Source: an uncultured Methanosarcinaceae archaeon
GTDB lineage: Archaea; Halobacteriota; Methanosarcinia; Methanosarcinales; Methanosarcinaceae
Direction: 5' to 3'
Assembly: GCA_963727895.1 (NCBI GenBank)
Contig: CAVSHT010000011.1
Span: forward strand, 1 to 64,000
Length of the DNA stretch: 64,000 nt
Shown: in pieces, positions 1 through 11,409 of the stretch
How positions within the stretch are numbered: the stretch's first letter is position 1
How the letters are laid out: each line of letters starts with the position of its first letter
Position numbers and translations under genes: made by a program
The notes under the pieces: generated by a model
The model's database searches: none
What the model was told of the DNA's origin: nothing
What the model saw: the letters and a program-made list of their open reading frames with translations, nothing else

Positions 1-113
1 CGCAGGGATGAAAGGTATCAGCGCAGATATGATTCCTAAAGAAGAAGCACTTCAGGAACGCGGATGGTAACACAAGACTTGATAAAAATACTTGTTTGTA
101 GTAATTTTCCCAT
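1..113 (-). CDS. Possible 5' end of a membrane-protein gene running off the window (apparent frameshift)
   Basis: ATG at 113 gives MGKLLQTSIFIKSCVTIRVPEVLLL; a neighbouring frame continues hydrophobically as LGIISALIPFIPA to the window edge. Confidence 0.3.
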
Positions 114-518
114 GTAAAATCGAAGAGAATAAGCCCCAGATGGTTGATAAGGGTAAATTAAAAAAATCAATATGGATATTTTTCTCTTAAGAAGACATTT
201 CAATGTCAACACAGGCAATTAGCTATTAATTCGCTAGCATGCAGTATATATGTGTGTTTTTGTCTCTGTTATTTGTCAGGAGATTATTAAATGAATTATT
301 AGATGAAACTATTAAGAAACATTATCATCTGTAAGGTTATTCATTAATAGAGATATTTTTATCCTTTTGATTCCATATAATATATTGAATACATAAAATA
401 AACTAAAATCGAAAAGCTTTAATCTTATTGCTTAATCATGAATAAATATATCATATAAATTTTAGAATTTTTTATATGAAATGGGTATTAAGAGGAAGAG
501 AATGTTCGAGGAAATATC

Positions 519-857
519 ATGAAAACATTGAAGATTGTAGTAATGCTCCTTGTCGTTGCTGCCGTTGTTTTTGCTGCAGGCTGTGCTGGAACTAATAAAG
601 AGAATACAACCAGCGTTAAGGAGGTTTCAAACCAAACGACATCTGCAGGAACACCAGCATCAACACCTGAAGTAGCAACAACACCTGCAGGAACACCATC
701 AACAACACCTGTAGTAATAAGCAACGCCACTGGAAATACCACTGGAAATACCACAGATCAAAATGTTACTCACATGAGTAATGCTCAGCGCAAACTAGTT
801 ATAGCAAGGAGTCACACACAGAATTCTGATACAGTCACAGCAAACAGTAGCCAGTAA
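519..857 (+). CDS. Small Thr/Asn-rich lipoprotein
   Basis: Basic N-terminus, hydrophobic stretch, lipobox FAAGC; repeated TPAGTP and GNTT segments; GAGG RBS. Confidence 0.8.
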   Translation: MKTLKIVVMLLVVAAVVFAAGCAGTNKENTTSVKEVSNQTTSAGTPASTPEVATTPAGTPSTTPVVISNATGNTTGNTTDQNVTHMSNAQRKLVIARSHTQNSDTVTANSSQ

Positions 858-897
858 AAACGATTTTGATCTCTCAATATATCTAGGAAAATATACA

Positions 898-929
898 GTA
901 GCCTTTTAACAGGCTACAAATCTTTTTTT
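898..929 (+). terminator. Hairpin plus T-tract terminator
   Basis: GTAGCC-8nt-GGCTAC followed by a T-run, just after the lipoprotein gene. Confidence 0.5.
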
Positions 930-1368
930 AAATAATGGCTGTTTTTATAGAAAATAGTGGTAATTTTTCATTAACAATTCAATAAATTTGATTCAAAAAA
1001 CCATTTTTTTAAAAAATAAAAAACTTTTGTATAACACCAAATTCTATTTCTGGTTAACTTATTTTACTTTGCTTGTTTATTTTCCAATATATAAAAGATA
1101 TTTTTTGTAGTTTAAGCATTTAGATATGTAGATTTTTCAGGAATGCAGAATATTCATGCATAGTTATCATGCTGATTAATTTTAACTCACTTATAAGTAT
1201 TAGAACGTTGTATTTCCAACTGTGTAGTTTTTATTTAACTGTGTGAGCGCTAGCTTACCTCACTCAAAAATAAAGGGTTTTTGCACCCGAATTTGAGAAA
1301 ATAAAGCTTTTTTAAATTCCGTATAAAAAAAATTGCTTTTATTGTTTTTATTAGAGAGGTCTAATACA

Positions 1369-4320
1369 ATGAAGTTTCAAAATCTTAAAGCATGTGTAAA
1401 ACATGGATTATTTATCATACTCATTCTAAGTCTGATAGGGACTGCGCATGCAGGTACAGGCCAACTCGTATATTATAACTGGTCTGAAAATGCTGGAAAT
1501 ACTATAGTTGATAATTCGGGACACGGAAACAATGGAATAAATGATGGCAGTAAAACCTTTATCCTCCCAACCGGAGAAACGGCAAGGCATTTTAACGGGC
1601 AAAACCGGATAATAATGCCTAATAATGAGCAAATTGCGTTTACTGATCCCCATATCACGTTTGGAGTCTTTTTCCGTTATAACTCCAGCAATCCAGCTCG
1701 TAATACATATTTAGTTTCCAGGGGAGATACGGCATTCAGAATAAGCATTGACCATACAAATTCCATGCTGATGTATGATGTTTATGCAGATGGCCATGCA
1801 ATCCATGCTTCCAGTAGAACAGAAATACAACCTAATAAAGATTATGAAGCTATTGTAACATATGACGGCTCTCATGCTCAATTATACATCAATGGACTTG
1901 CTGATGAAGGAGGCGTAAATTACACAGCAGCAAATTTAGGTCCAGAGTATATAACAGATAACTGGACTATAGGCTCTTTCTCTGATGGCACTTGTGGACT
2001 AAACGGCACCGTATACGCTTTTTATTTGTATAATAAAACATTAGAATCATCCGATATATTAAATTTATATGCAAAAGACCTCCGCAGTATTAAGAATTTA
2101 AGTAAACCAGGTGGCATTGCTTTATCCTGGGATGATTCGGGACATATACAATCTTGTTATCAGTATTTGCCAATTTTCCAGAAGTATAACGCCACCTGCA
2201 CTATTAATGTAAATAATGTAAGTAATAGGAGACAGGCTGCACTTGAATTAAAAGAACTGGATGCACTGCATTCGGCTGGATGGGAAATAGCTCTGCATGG
2301 GTATAATCACGTAGATTCAGTTGGATTTCTGAATAGTAATACTCCTGATGTTTGGTTAAATCAGGAAATATTTCCTAATATTATAGAAATTACCCGTTAT
2401 GGTTATCCGGTTTACACTTTTGCGTATCCTTATTCAAGTAGAAATTCAGTTTCAGATGAAGCAATAGCTCCATATTTCCGGACTCTTAGAACGAGAACTC
2501 CCACGATAGTAAACGGGAATATAAATGAAACAGTCCTTGCGTACTATAATTGGGATGATACGCAACTTCTTTATGGTGTGGAAATCGATGACCAATCAAT
2601 CGGTGCAAACCTGCAATCTATAGAAAACGGAATCGATTACGCAATAAAAACAGGAAAAGTACTGGTATTATTTGGACATGCAATTACTCCTGATGTTACA
2701 GGGCCATACCAGACTTCAACGTCGAGACTAGATTCAATTCTAAGTTATACCAGTAAAAACGGTGGAGCATTTTATCGTATGGGAGATCTGGGAAACTCTT
2801 CCTGGAAACAGGTTCCCAGATTTTCTAACGTGATTGCAAATTATACAGTTTCTAGAAATAGTTTGCTGGCTGGGGAAAACGTAACTTTTGAGGATTGTAG
2901 TGTCAACCAGGCCACTGAACTGCTTAATTTTGGGGACGGTTCGCCTACTATCAATACTGCAAATGCAGTTCACACTTATAAAGAACCAGGAACTTATGAG
3001 GCTAATCTAACAGTAACAAATGAAGTTTCGAGCGATTCCATGCTCAAAACAATTAAAGTTATAAAGGCAGCACCGCTTGTAGCTGATTTTGCCAGTAATC
3101 GTACAGCTGGATCCAGGCCTCTAAGTGTGGCGTTTACAGATACATCAACTGGACTTCCAGCATCATGGGCTTGGAATTTTGGAGACGGAAAGACTTCAGC
3201 AGTCCAGAATCCAGTTCATGAGTATACAAGTGATGGAGTTTATTATGTCAGGTTGACAGTAACGAATAGTAAAGGATCAAATTCTACTCAAAAAATGAAT
3301 TATATAACAGTAGCAACGCAACATCTTTCATCTAATTTCCTCTCCAATGTAACAAGTGGAAATATTCCCTTAACGGTTCAGTTTACTGACAGCAGTACCG
3401 GGGTTCCAGTTTTATGGAACTGGAACTTTGGAGATGGATCCACTTCAACTGAGCAAAATCCAAAGCATACATATTTTTCAGCAGGGATTTATAACGTCGA
3501 TCTAGTGGTGAGCAATGCCGCTGGAAATTCTTCAAAAACGTCTACAATAACCGTGCTTGAGAATCGCGACTCAAGTAGCGGAAGCAGTGGTTCAGGTGGG
3601 GGTAGCAGTCACAGCAGCAGCGGAAGTAGCAGTTCAAGTGGGGGAGCAGGCGGTTCCCCAGAACCTCAAAGTAATGTTCAAGTAAAGGAACTTTCGCAGG
3701 CTTATATTTCAAGCGGGAATTCTGTGAAGTTTGATTTTCCAAATAATGCCACTAATATTGTTTATTTAAGTTTTGATTCAAAAAAGACTGCTGGCAAGAC
3801 AACAGCAACTGTTGAAATGCTGAAAAATAAATCTTCACTTTCGCCGGAAATGCCCGAAGGTAAAGTCTATAATTATCTGAATATCTGGGTTGGAAACAGT
3901 GGGTATGGAAGTACTGAAGGTAATCTTGAAAACGCAGTAATATGTTTCAAAGTTGAAAAATCCTGGATTCGGGATAAATGTATTGATAAGTCTTCAATTG
4001 CTCTTAACAGGTATAATGAGAATAAGTGGAATAAACTTCCAGCTGTTTTTCTCAGAGAAGATGATCAGTATCTGTATTTTACAGCAAAAACTCCAGGATT
4101 CTCGTCTTTTGCAATAACATGCAGGCTTACAGCAAAAGAAAATGTAATTGAAATAACACCTGCAGCTGAAGCTAATAATTCCGAAAATAATACTGGAAAC
4201 ATAGCAACAGAGGTTGAACATATTCCTGAACAAAAAGAAAAAACAAAAGGTATGCCGGGGTTTGAAATAATTTACTGCATAATAGGGTTGTCTGGAGTAC
4301 TCTTATTTAAGAAAAGGTAA
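1369..4320 (+). CDS. Cell-surface protein: LamG-like domain, polysaccharide deacetylase (CE4/NodB-like), 3 PKD, PGF-pre-PGF, PGF-CTERM anchor
   Basis: Signal peptide; LamG-like VTYDGS..LYING; deacetylase motifs LSWDD, WEIALHGYNH, FAYPY; PKD W.W.FGDG repeats; Ser/Gly linker then GGSPEPQSNV; C-terminal MPGF-TM-KKR. Confidence 0.85.
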   Translation: MKFQNLKACVKHGLFIILILSLIGTAHAGTGQLVYYNWSENAGNTIVDNSGHGNNGINDGSKTFILPTGETARHFNGQNRIIMPNNEQIAFTDPHITFGVFFRYNSSNPARNTYLVSRGDTAFRISIDHTNSMLMYDVYADGHAIHASSRTEIQPNKDYEAIVTYDGSHAQLYINGLADEGGVNYTAANLGPEYITDNWTIGSFSDGTCGLNGTVYAFYLYNKTLESSDILNLYAKDLRSIKNLSKPGGIALSWDDSGHIQSCYQYLPIFQKYNATCTINVNNVSNRRQAALELKELDALHSAGWEIALHGYNHVDSVGFLNSNTPDVWLNQEIFPNIIEITRYGYPVYTFAYPYSSRNSVSDEAIAPYFRTLRTRTPTIVNGNINETVLAYYNWDDTQLLYGVEIDDQSIGANLQSIENGIDYAIKTGKVLVLFGHAITPDVTGPYQTSTSRLDSILSYTSKNGGAFYRMGDLGNSSWKQVPRFSNVIANYTVSRNSLLAGENVTFEDCSVNQATELLNFGDGSPTINTANAVHTYKEPGTYEANLTVTNEVSSDSMLKTIKVIKAAPLVADFASNRTAGSRPLSVAFTDTSTGLPASWAWNFGDGKTSAVQNPVHEYTSDGVYYVRLTVTNSKGSNSTQKMNYITVATQHLSSNFLSNVTSGNIPLTVQFTDSSTGVPVLWNWNFGDGSTSTEQNPKHTYFSAGIYNVDLVVSNAAGNSSKTSTITVLENRDSSSGSSGSGGGSSHSSSGSSSSSGGAGGSPEPQSNVQVKELSQAYISSGNSVKFDFPNNATNIVYLSFDSKKTAGKTTATVEMLKNKSSLSPEMPEGKVYNYLNIWVGNSGYGSTEGNLENAVICFKVEKSWIRDKCIDKSSIALNRYNENKWNKLPAVFLREDDQYLYFTAKTPGFSSFAITCRLTAKENVIEITPAAEANNSENNTGNIATEVEHIPEQKEKTKGMPGFEIIYCIIGLSGVLLFKKR

Positions 4321-4971
4321 AATTGTAGTTAGGTAGTAGACTCTTAACAGCCATTTCTGAAAGGGGTTAAGTATGGAGAAACTTAGTTTTAAGTAAGTTT
4401 TAAATTAATGGGACTAATTTCCAGTTTATTTTTGATATATAATAATTTCAGTTTATTCTTTGATAATAATGAATCAAAGAATCTCTTTTTACTTTTTAAT
4501 TTCAGTTTCTTGAAATTGATAACTGGGTTTTCTCCAAATATCTTATTTACTCTACTGACTCGTAAAATTATATTTATAAATAATATTAAATAGCTTGAAT
4601 ACAATTAATGTTTAGTAAATATTTTATTCTCCACTTTGTTGAAGTTTAGCAAAGTGGTTATTTGGGTGGGGATTATAATTCATTCTATTTAGTAATCACT
4701 TTCATTGTTAATTATTTACCTGTTTTCTACAAATAACTATATTTTATAGATTTTAAACAAAGATTTTTCCACCATATGTTCGGAAGACAAGGTAAACATA
4801 TATTGGTTTAATCCAAAGTCAGGATAAACTTTGTTGATAGGTTCTCATGGATTAAGACATAGAGAATATGACCGTATGGAGAATTATAATATGTGACTAT
4901 ACTGTGACTGAAAATATCCGAGTACTAAAAATAGAGAATGTACTGAGTTACTTTGGGTTTGGGGGTATTAG

Positions 4972-7372
4972 TTGAGTAAGCAACTGAAAGTGTTATTTAT
5001 AGGAACATATGTTCCAAAAGAATGTGGAATTGCCACATTCACATCCGATCTTTTAAATTCAGTTTCCAGGGAATATGACAACGTTCATTGTGAAGTAATT
5101 GCTTTGAACGATCCCTCTGAGACCTACAATTATCCTGAGGAAGTCGTTTTTCAAATTCAGAGGGACAGAATAGAGGATTATTATCGCGCTGCAGATTATA
5201 TAAACCAATCTGATATTGATATTGTATGTCTTCAGCACGAATTTGGGCTTTTCTGGGGAAATGCTGGAGACTATATTTTTGCTCTACTTATCAGGAATTA
5301 ACAAACCTGTAATAAGCACGATGCATACTGTAATTCGAGAACCTGAACCTGAGTATTGGGTATCTACGGAGAAACTTATCAGGTATTCTGAAAAACTGAT
5401 TGTAATGAGCCAGACTGCAGTCGATATGCTAAAAGACGTTTATATGGCTCCTGAGGACAAGATAGAATTAATCTTTCATGGAGTGCCAGACTATCCGTTT
5501 AACAATTGCAGTAAGTATAAAAAAATGCTGAATTTGAAAGGGGCTCCACTTGTTCTTACTTTTGGCCTGCTTGAGCCAGAATAAAGGTATCGAAAGTATG
5601 CTTGAGGCTCTTCCTGAAGTCGTAAGCCAGGTATCCAGATCTTGTTTACCTTATACTGGGTGCCACGCATCCTATAATTAAAAAAAGATTTGGAGAAGCA
5701 TACAGGCAATATCTCAAGAATAAGGTCTCAGAACTCGGGCTTGAGAAACATGTAGTATTCCATGACAAATTTGTCGAAAAAGAAGAACTCTGCAATTATA
5801 TCCTTGCCAGTGATATTTACGTATCTCCTTATCTTTCCAGAGAACAGATAGTAAGCGGTGCTTTGACCTATGCAATTGGTATGGGAAAAGCAATAATTTC
5901 TACTCCTTACTGGTACGCTCAGGAAATGCTTTCCGACAATCGTGGATTGCTTGTTGATTTCGGAGACACTGATGGCTTTAAAAAATCTCTTTTGCACTTG
6001 ATTGAAAATCCAGAAGAGTGTGATGATATGCGCAAAAAGGCATACGATTTTGGTAGAAAAATGACATGGAAAAATGTAGGTAAACAATATAATGCTGTTT
6101 TTACAAGGGCTTTAAAGAGACTACAGTGCTCACTCCAGTACCTCGAACAAATTTAATTTCCTTCCAAACCAGCTTCCTGAAGTAAAACTTGATTATCTTA
6201 AACTATTGACCGACGACGTGGGCATTATGCAGCATACCAATCTTGGTGTGCCGGCTCGCCATTATGGGTACAGTACTGATGACGTAGGCCGAGCTCTTGT
6301 TGCACTGACACAGTTAATAGATAGCCAGAAGAAAGCAGACGAGTTCTGGAAGTTAATTACCACATATATGAGTTTTCTTGAACATGCCCAGACCGACACG
6401 GGTCATTTCCATAACTTCATGAGTTATAAAAGGGAATTTTTGGATGAAAAGGGCAGTGAAGATACTCTCGGACGTGCCATCTACGGGCTCGGACATGTGG
6501 TAAGCTGCCCTTACCTGTCGAAAAATATGCGTACACTTGCCCATACCCTTATGAGCAGAGCCATGCCTGAAATGGAGAAGCTTAACTATCCGAGGGCAAA
6601 AGCCTATACTATGTGTGGTTTATATGAAATGCTCAGGACAGGTGTGGATGCCGATGAATTCGAATCGGTATTCAATTCGCGCAGAGATGCCGTCAAGTCC
6701 ATAGACTCTCTTGTAAGTAAAGATACCTTTGAATCCATATTTACCAGCCACGCGGATTCTCTAGTCGACTTATATGAGGCTAACCATAAAGAAGACTGGA
6801 ACTGGTTCGAACCTACAGTAACTTATAGCAACGCAAAACTGAGTGAATCCCTTTTACTGGCTTACAATTACACCAAAGATCGAACTTACCGGAAGGTTGG
6901 CCTTGCTACCCTGGACTTTCTTACTGAGATTCAGTGGAAAGGCGACTTTTTTGACATGGTTGGAAACCAGGGCTGGTACTCCTATGGCGAGGAAAAGCCG
7001 ATTTTTGACCAGCAGCCCATCGAAGCAGGTTACCTGACTCAGGCTTATGTTTCAGCTTATGAGATTGTGCGTGATAGGAAATATCTGGAACTTGCAAGAT
7101 ATTCTTTTGAATATTTCCTTGGAAGAAATCGTTTGCAAACTGCTATGTATGATTATTCCACAGGCGCGGTCTGTGACGGGCTCAACCGCGATGGTATGAA
7201 TTGTAACCAGGGTGCAGAATCCGTTATTTGTTTCCTTATGGCTTTGAGCTCTTTAAACAAACACATGAATAAAGCTTTCAGTACAATACTGCAATCCAGA
7301 GTAAGCAATGAAGTAGATGACGGAACTCTTCAGAAAAGAAAGAGCTTTTTGTCAGCAAATCAGGTAGAGTGA
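4972..7372 (+). CDS. GT4 glycosyltransferase fused to a C-terminal alpha-helical glycosidase-like domain (read across several frameshifts)
   Basis: ORF fragments 4972-5301, 5216-5584, 5863-6156 and 6206-7372 join into one protein: GTYVPKECGIATF, QHEFGL, SGALTYAIGMGKAIISTPYWYA, then TDDVGIMQH, YSTDD, FDQQPIEA, NQGAES. Confidence 0.75.
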
Positions 7373-7381
7373 GAGAATAAT

Positions 7382-8416
7382 ATGATCTGGAAAGACCATG
7401 GGGAGCTATTTGTAAGATACAATAGGAATCCTATACTAACTGTTGACGATTGGCCTTATCGGGCCCACTCGGTGTTTAACCCTGCAGCTGTTATAGTTGA
7501 TGGTATAACCCTGTTACTGGTCAGGGTTGAAGATCACAGGGGCTTTTCTCACTTTACAATAGCAAGGAGTAAGAATGGGATTGATGGCTGGGAAATTGAT
7601 CCTGAACCAACCTTTGCTCCAGATCCTGTAAACTACCCTGAAGAAATATATGGTATCGAAGACCCACGCATAACTTATATAGATGAGCTGGGAAAATGGG
7701 CTGTGGCATATACGGCTTTTTCGGATTCTGGTCCCTTAACTGCGCTTGCCTTTACAGAGGACTTTCGTAATTTTGATCGAGTAGGAGCTACCATACCTCC
7801 TGAAAATAAGGATTCTGCTCTTTTTCCTGTAAGGTTTAACGGCAGATGGGCAATGTTACACAGGCCTGTATCTTTAATAAGCGGCGCAAAGGCAAATATC
7901 TGGATTTCCTTTTCCCCGGATATGAAATACTGGGGAGAGCATGAAGTTCTTCTGTATGCCAGGGAAGGCGGATGGTGGGATGCAAACAAGATAGGGTTAT
8001 CTCCACAGCCAATACGTGTATCTGACGGATGGTTAATTATGTATCATGGGGTACGCCAGACAACGGCTAAGGCAAGTTACCGACTTGGACTTGCCCTCCT
8101 TGATCTTGATGATCCCAGAAAAGTGCTTCACAGGTCGGAAGGCTGGGTTTTCGGACCGCGTGAAATGTATGAACGCAGTGGAGATGTCAATGACGTTGTT
8201 TTTCCCTGCGGATGGGTTCTGGTGGACGATGAAATTCGTATTTATTACGGGAGTGCAGATACCTCCGTATCGTTAGCCACTGCAAAAGTGCGCGATGTCC
8301 TGAGGTATATTCATGAGTGCCCGGAGAAACAGTGCCCTGATGATTACTGTAGATGGTTTGAAGAAGATATACAAAGTTCCACTGATCCGAAAAGAGGGTA
8401 TTCAAAATTGAAATAA
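7382..8416 (+). CDS. GH130-family glycosidase/beta-mannoside phosphorylase
   Basis: Motifs NPIL, VFNPAA, GIEDPRIT, ENKD, MLHRP, YHGV, VVFPCG, YYGSAD. Confidence 0.85.
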   Translation: MIWKDHGELFVRYNRNPILTVDDWPYRAHSVFNPAAVIVDGITLLLVRVEDHRGFSHFTIARSKNGIDGWEIDPEPTFAPDPVNYPEEIYGIEDPRITYIDELGKWAVAYTAFSDSGPLTALAFTEDFRNFDRVGATIPPENKDSALFPVRFNGRWAMLHRPVSLISGAKANIWISFSPDMKYWGEHEVLLYAREGGWWDANKIGLSPQPIRVSDGWLIMYHGVRQTTAKASYRLGLALLDLDDPRKVLHRSEGWVFGPREMYERSGDVNDVVFPCGWVLVDDEIRIYYGSADTSVSLATAKVRDVLRYIHECPEKQCPDDYCRWFEEDIQSSTDPKRGYSKLK

Positions 8417-8527
8417 AGTAAATAAAAGTAAAAGATAAAAATTAAAAGATAAAAGTAAAGATCAAACGGTGAAAGGTAAAAAATAAAAATTAAGTTTGGG
8501 GATGTGAGTAATTTTGGGGGTATTAGT

Positions 8528-9881
8528 ATAAGAATTGCAATGTTATCTCCGATTGCCTGGAGCACGCCACCTAAAAAGTATGGTCCCTGGGAATCCATAG
8601 TATCTTTATTAACTGAAGGATTGGTAAAACGGGGCATTGATGTTACATTATTTGCCACAGCGGATTCTCACACTGCAGCGAAACTTCATGCCGTATGTCC
8701 GAGACCTTATGAAGAAGATAAGGATATGATCCGAAAGGTGTATGAAGGCCTGCATATATCAGAAGTTTTCGAGAGAGCAAATGAATTCGATATAATCCAT
8801 AACCATTTTGATTATCTTCCTCTGACCTACAGTGCGCTTGTCGATACTCCTGTTGTAACAACAATCCATGGCATTTCTTCACGGAAAATTTTGCCTGTCT
8901 ATAAAAAGTACAATAATAGAACTTTTTATGTATCGATAAGTGATGCCTACAGGTGCCGTGATCTGGACTATATAGCAACAGTTCGGCATGGAATCGACAT
9001 ACAAGGCTTTCATTTCAACGAGAACCCGCAGGATTATCTTCTTTTTTTATCACGCCTGCATAAAGACAAGGGCGTAAAGGAAGCAATAGAAGTTGCAAAA
9101 AAGACCGGCAGAAAACTTAGAATAGCCGGTTTTATTGCGGATCAGGCTTATTTTGAAAAAGAAGTATCAGCCCTATATAGACAATGAACAGATTATTTAT
9201 GAAGGACATGTTGATCCTGAGTTTAAGAAGGAACTACTGTCAAATGCATATGCTTTGCTGCACATGATCAATTATGATGAGGCTTTCGGGATTGGCGTAG
9301 TTGAAGCTATGGCCAGCGGTACACCGGTAATTGCAATAAACAGGGGTTCAATGCCTGAACTTATCCGGGATGGAGAAACCGGATTTCTGGTTAATAGCGT
9401 TGATGAAGCTGCAGAGGCTGTGCAAAAACTAAATTCCATATCTCGCAAAAGCTGCAGGGAAAGCGTGGAAAAACGCTTTTCGGTTGACAGGATGGTAGAT
9501 GATTACATTAAAGTGTATGAAACTATCCTCGAAAAGTGCAAACGTGAGGAAAAAAGGCCCTGGGGTTTTTATGAGGTGCTTATGCAGAAGCCTGGATATA
9601 AAGTCAAAAGCCTTACTGTTCTTCCTCAGGGTGAAATTTCACTTCAGCGCCATTCTCATAGAAGCGAGCACTGGTACATAATCAGTGGAGAAGGGCTTGT
9701 AACTAAAAACGGGAGTCAGATCAGGGTTCTTCCCGGAGATTCAATTGATCTTCCGGTAAACGAGATACATAGAGTTAAGAATATAGGCGGTCAAAACCTT
9801 GTTTTCATTGAGGTCTCACAGGGAGACTATCTTGGAGAAGATGATATTGAAAGGCTTGAAGATAAATATGGAAGAGCATGA
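8528..9881 (+). CDS. GT4 glycosyltransferase fused to a type II mannose-6-phosphate isomerase cupin (one frameshift near 9170)
   Basis: (M)RIAMLSP..PPKKYG; EAFGIGVVEAMASGTPV; C-terminal RPWGFY..ISLQRHSHRSEHW..YLGEDDIERLEDKYGR. Confidence 0.8.
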
Positions 9882-10160
9882 ATTATGAAAAATTCTATTT
9901 TTCGGTTTTATAATATGAAGCCGTGTACTATTTTAGCGTGACGTAGTTAAAAGATCTGAAAAGCAAATATAGCCAAACATAGATGGTTTTGAACTCAAGT
10001 CTTTATTAAGAGTAACGAAGTACAAAGTCAAAAATTACCGGAAAATTAAAGCTACTTTTTTGACTATTTATAGCTTTAATATTAAAGGCTTGCTTTGAAA
10101 CTGAAGTTTTATTTTTTTGCTTTGTACTTCATTCACACTTCTTTTTACAATTGTATTTTA

Positions 10161-10916
10161 TTATAACTCAAGTTTCATCAGGTCTTCGGCAAGAATCACG
10201 TCCCCTTCAAAATACTTTTTCAATTGGTGTACTGTTTCTCTTTCATGCCCTTGCATTTCAGGATAGAAGTGTGTGAGGCAGATACTTCCTATTTCTGGAT
10301 CATATTCTTCCAGAATGTCTGCAAGTGTGCTGGGAGTTGTGTGGTTTGTAACTTTCATGCTAGGAGGAAAAGAGCACTCATGGATCAGTAGATCAGCTTC
10401 TTCTGCAAGCTCTATTATTTCCCTGGATGGTTCTGTGTCTCCTGAGTAAACAAATTCTCCGTCTTCTCCGGTTATGCGGTAAGCCAGAGCTGGAACACTG
10501 TGTATGGCTTCTATGCAGCTGATTTCACAGTCGAATCCATCTGGTGTGAATTCCTTTCCAGGCAAAAGCTCAATAACGTCTACGTCTACTTCTTCCTGAA
10601 TATATTCGTAAGCGTCAAGTACTTTTGAGAACCATTCTTCAGTTCCTTCAGGTCCATAGACCTTCATGCTTGTGTTTCCGCGGAGCCAGTTGGCCTTGAT
10701 AAGAGGATGAAGATCAGCCACATGGTCAAGGTGAAGATGCGAAAGTAATACCGTGTCTACCTCTACGTGGGAAATTCCGGCCTCTGGAAACCTGTTCAAT
10801 ACGCCACTTCCACAATCAATAAGCAGTGGCTTTTCTTCCAGTCTCACAATCATTCCGGACTGTACCCGATCTTTTTGCGGAATCGCAACTCCAGTTCCAA
10901 GAAATGTAATTTCCAT
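10161..10916 (-). CDS. MBL-fold metallohydrolase (RNase Z-like)
   Basis: FLGTG, IDCG, SHLHLDH, YSGDT, IHECS, LTHFY motifs. Confidence 0.85.
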   Translation of the reverse strand: MEITFLGTGVAIPQKDRVQSGMIVRLEEKPLLIDCGSGVLNRFPEAGISHVEVDTVLLSHLHLDHVADLHPLIKANWLRGNTSMKVYGPEGTEEWFSKVLDAYEYIQEEVDVDVIELLPGKEFTPDGFDCEISCIEAIHSVPALAYRITGEDGEFVYSGDTEPSREIIELAEEADLLIHECSFPPSMKVTNHTTPSTLADILEEYDPEIGSICLTHFYPEMQGHERETVHQLKKYFEGDVILAEDLMKLEL

Positions 10917-11013
10917 GAGATTAAGAATAAGCTTTAAATAATTTAACTTTATTTAAAGCATGGCTGCATGACGAATATTTGCAGTTCAAAATAACCTGTT
11001 TTGTTTCCAAAAT

Positions 11014-11098
11014 GCGAGGGTTGCCCAGCTAGGTCAAAGGCGTCGGACTTAAGATCCGATTTCGAAGGAATTCGTGGGTTCGAATCCCACCCCTCGCA
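11014..11098 (+). tRNA. tRNA-Leu (anticodon TAA)
   Basis: Acceptor stem GCGAGGG/CCCTCGC-A, anticodon arm TCGGA-CTTAAGA-TCCGA, long variable arm, GGTTCGAATCC T-loop. Confidence 0.97.
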
Positions 11099-11137
11099 CT
11101 AACTTTTTTACATTGAATTTTGGATATCGTCTTTTTT

Positions 11138-11269
11138 GGCTCTGTAGAAATCTTCAATATTCAGGCAAAAATCAAAGTTAACAATAATTCAAAAAGTACT
11201 ATCACTTATTGAATAGGTTTGCCGGTTTCAACCTAATGATAGTGGATTTAATAGGTTTTCTACAGAGCC
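11138..11269. mobile_element. MITE-like element, 132 bp
   Basis: 13-bp perfect terminal inverted repeats GGCTCTGTAGAAA / TTTCTACAGAGCC with no internal ORF; no clear target duplication. Confidence 0.65.
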
Positions 11270-11409
11270 ATAATTACTATTAATTCTAAAGTTACCCGAA
11301 ATTCTGGAAACATTTTTTTAATTTTTAAAAAATTAATTTATTAAAAATAGCCTTTAATTAAATAAGGTATTAAGTGCAAATTAAGCAGTATTATAAAGAG
11401 GGGTAGTTT

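Noticed and set aside
4389..4604. Overlapping short AT-rich ORFs on both strands
   Set aside because: Low-complexity F/L/I/K/N composition with no motif; likely spurious
8414..8492. A-rich repeated AAAGTAAA/AAAGATAAAA tract
   Set aside because: Low-complexity spacer with no regular period or structure
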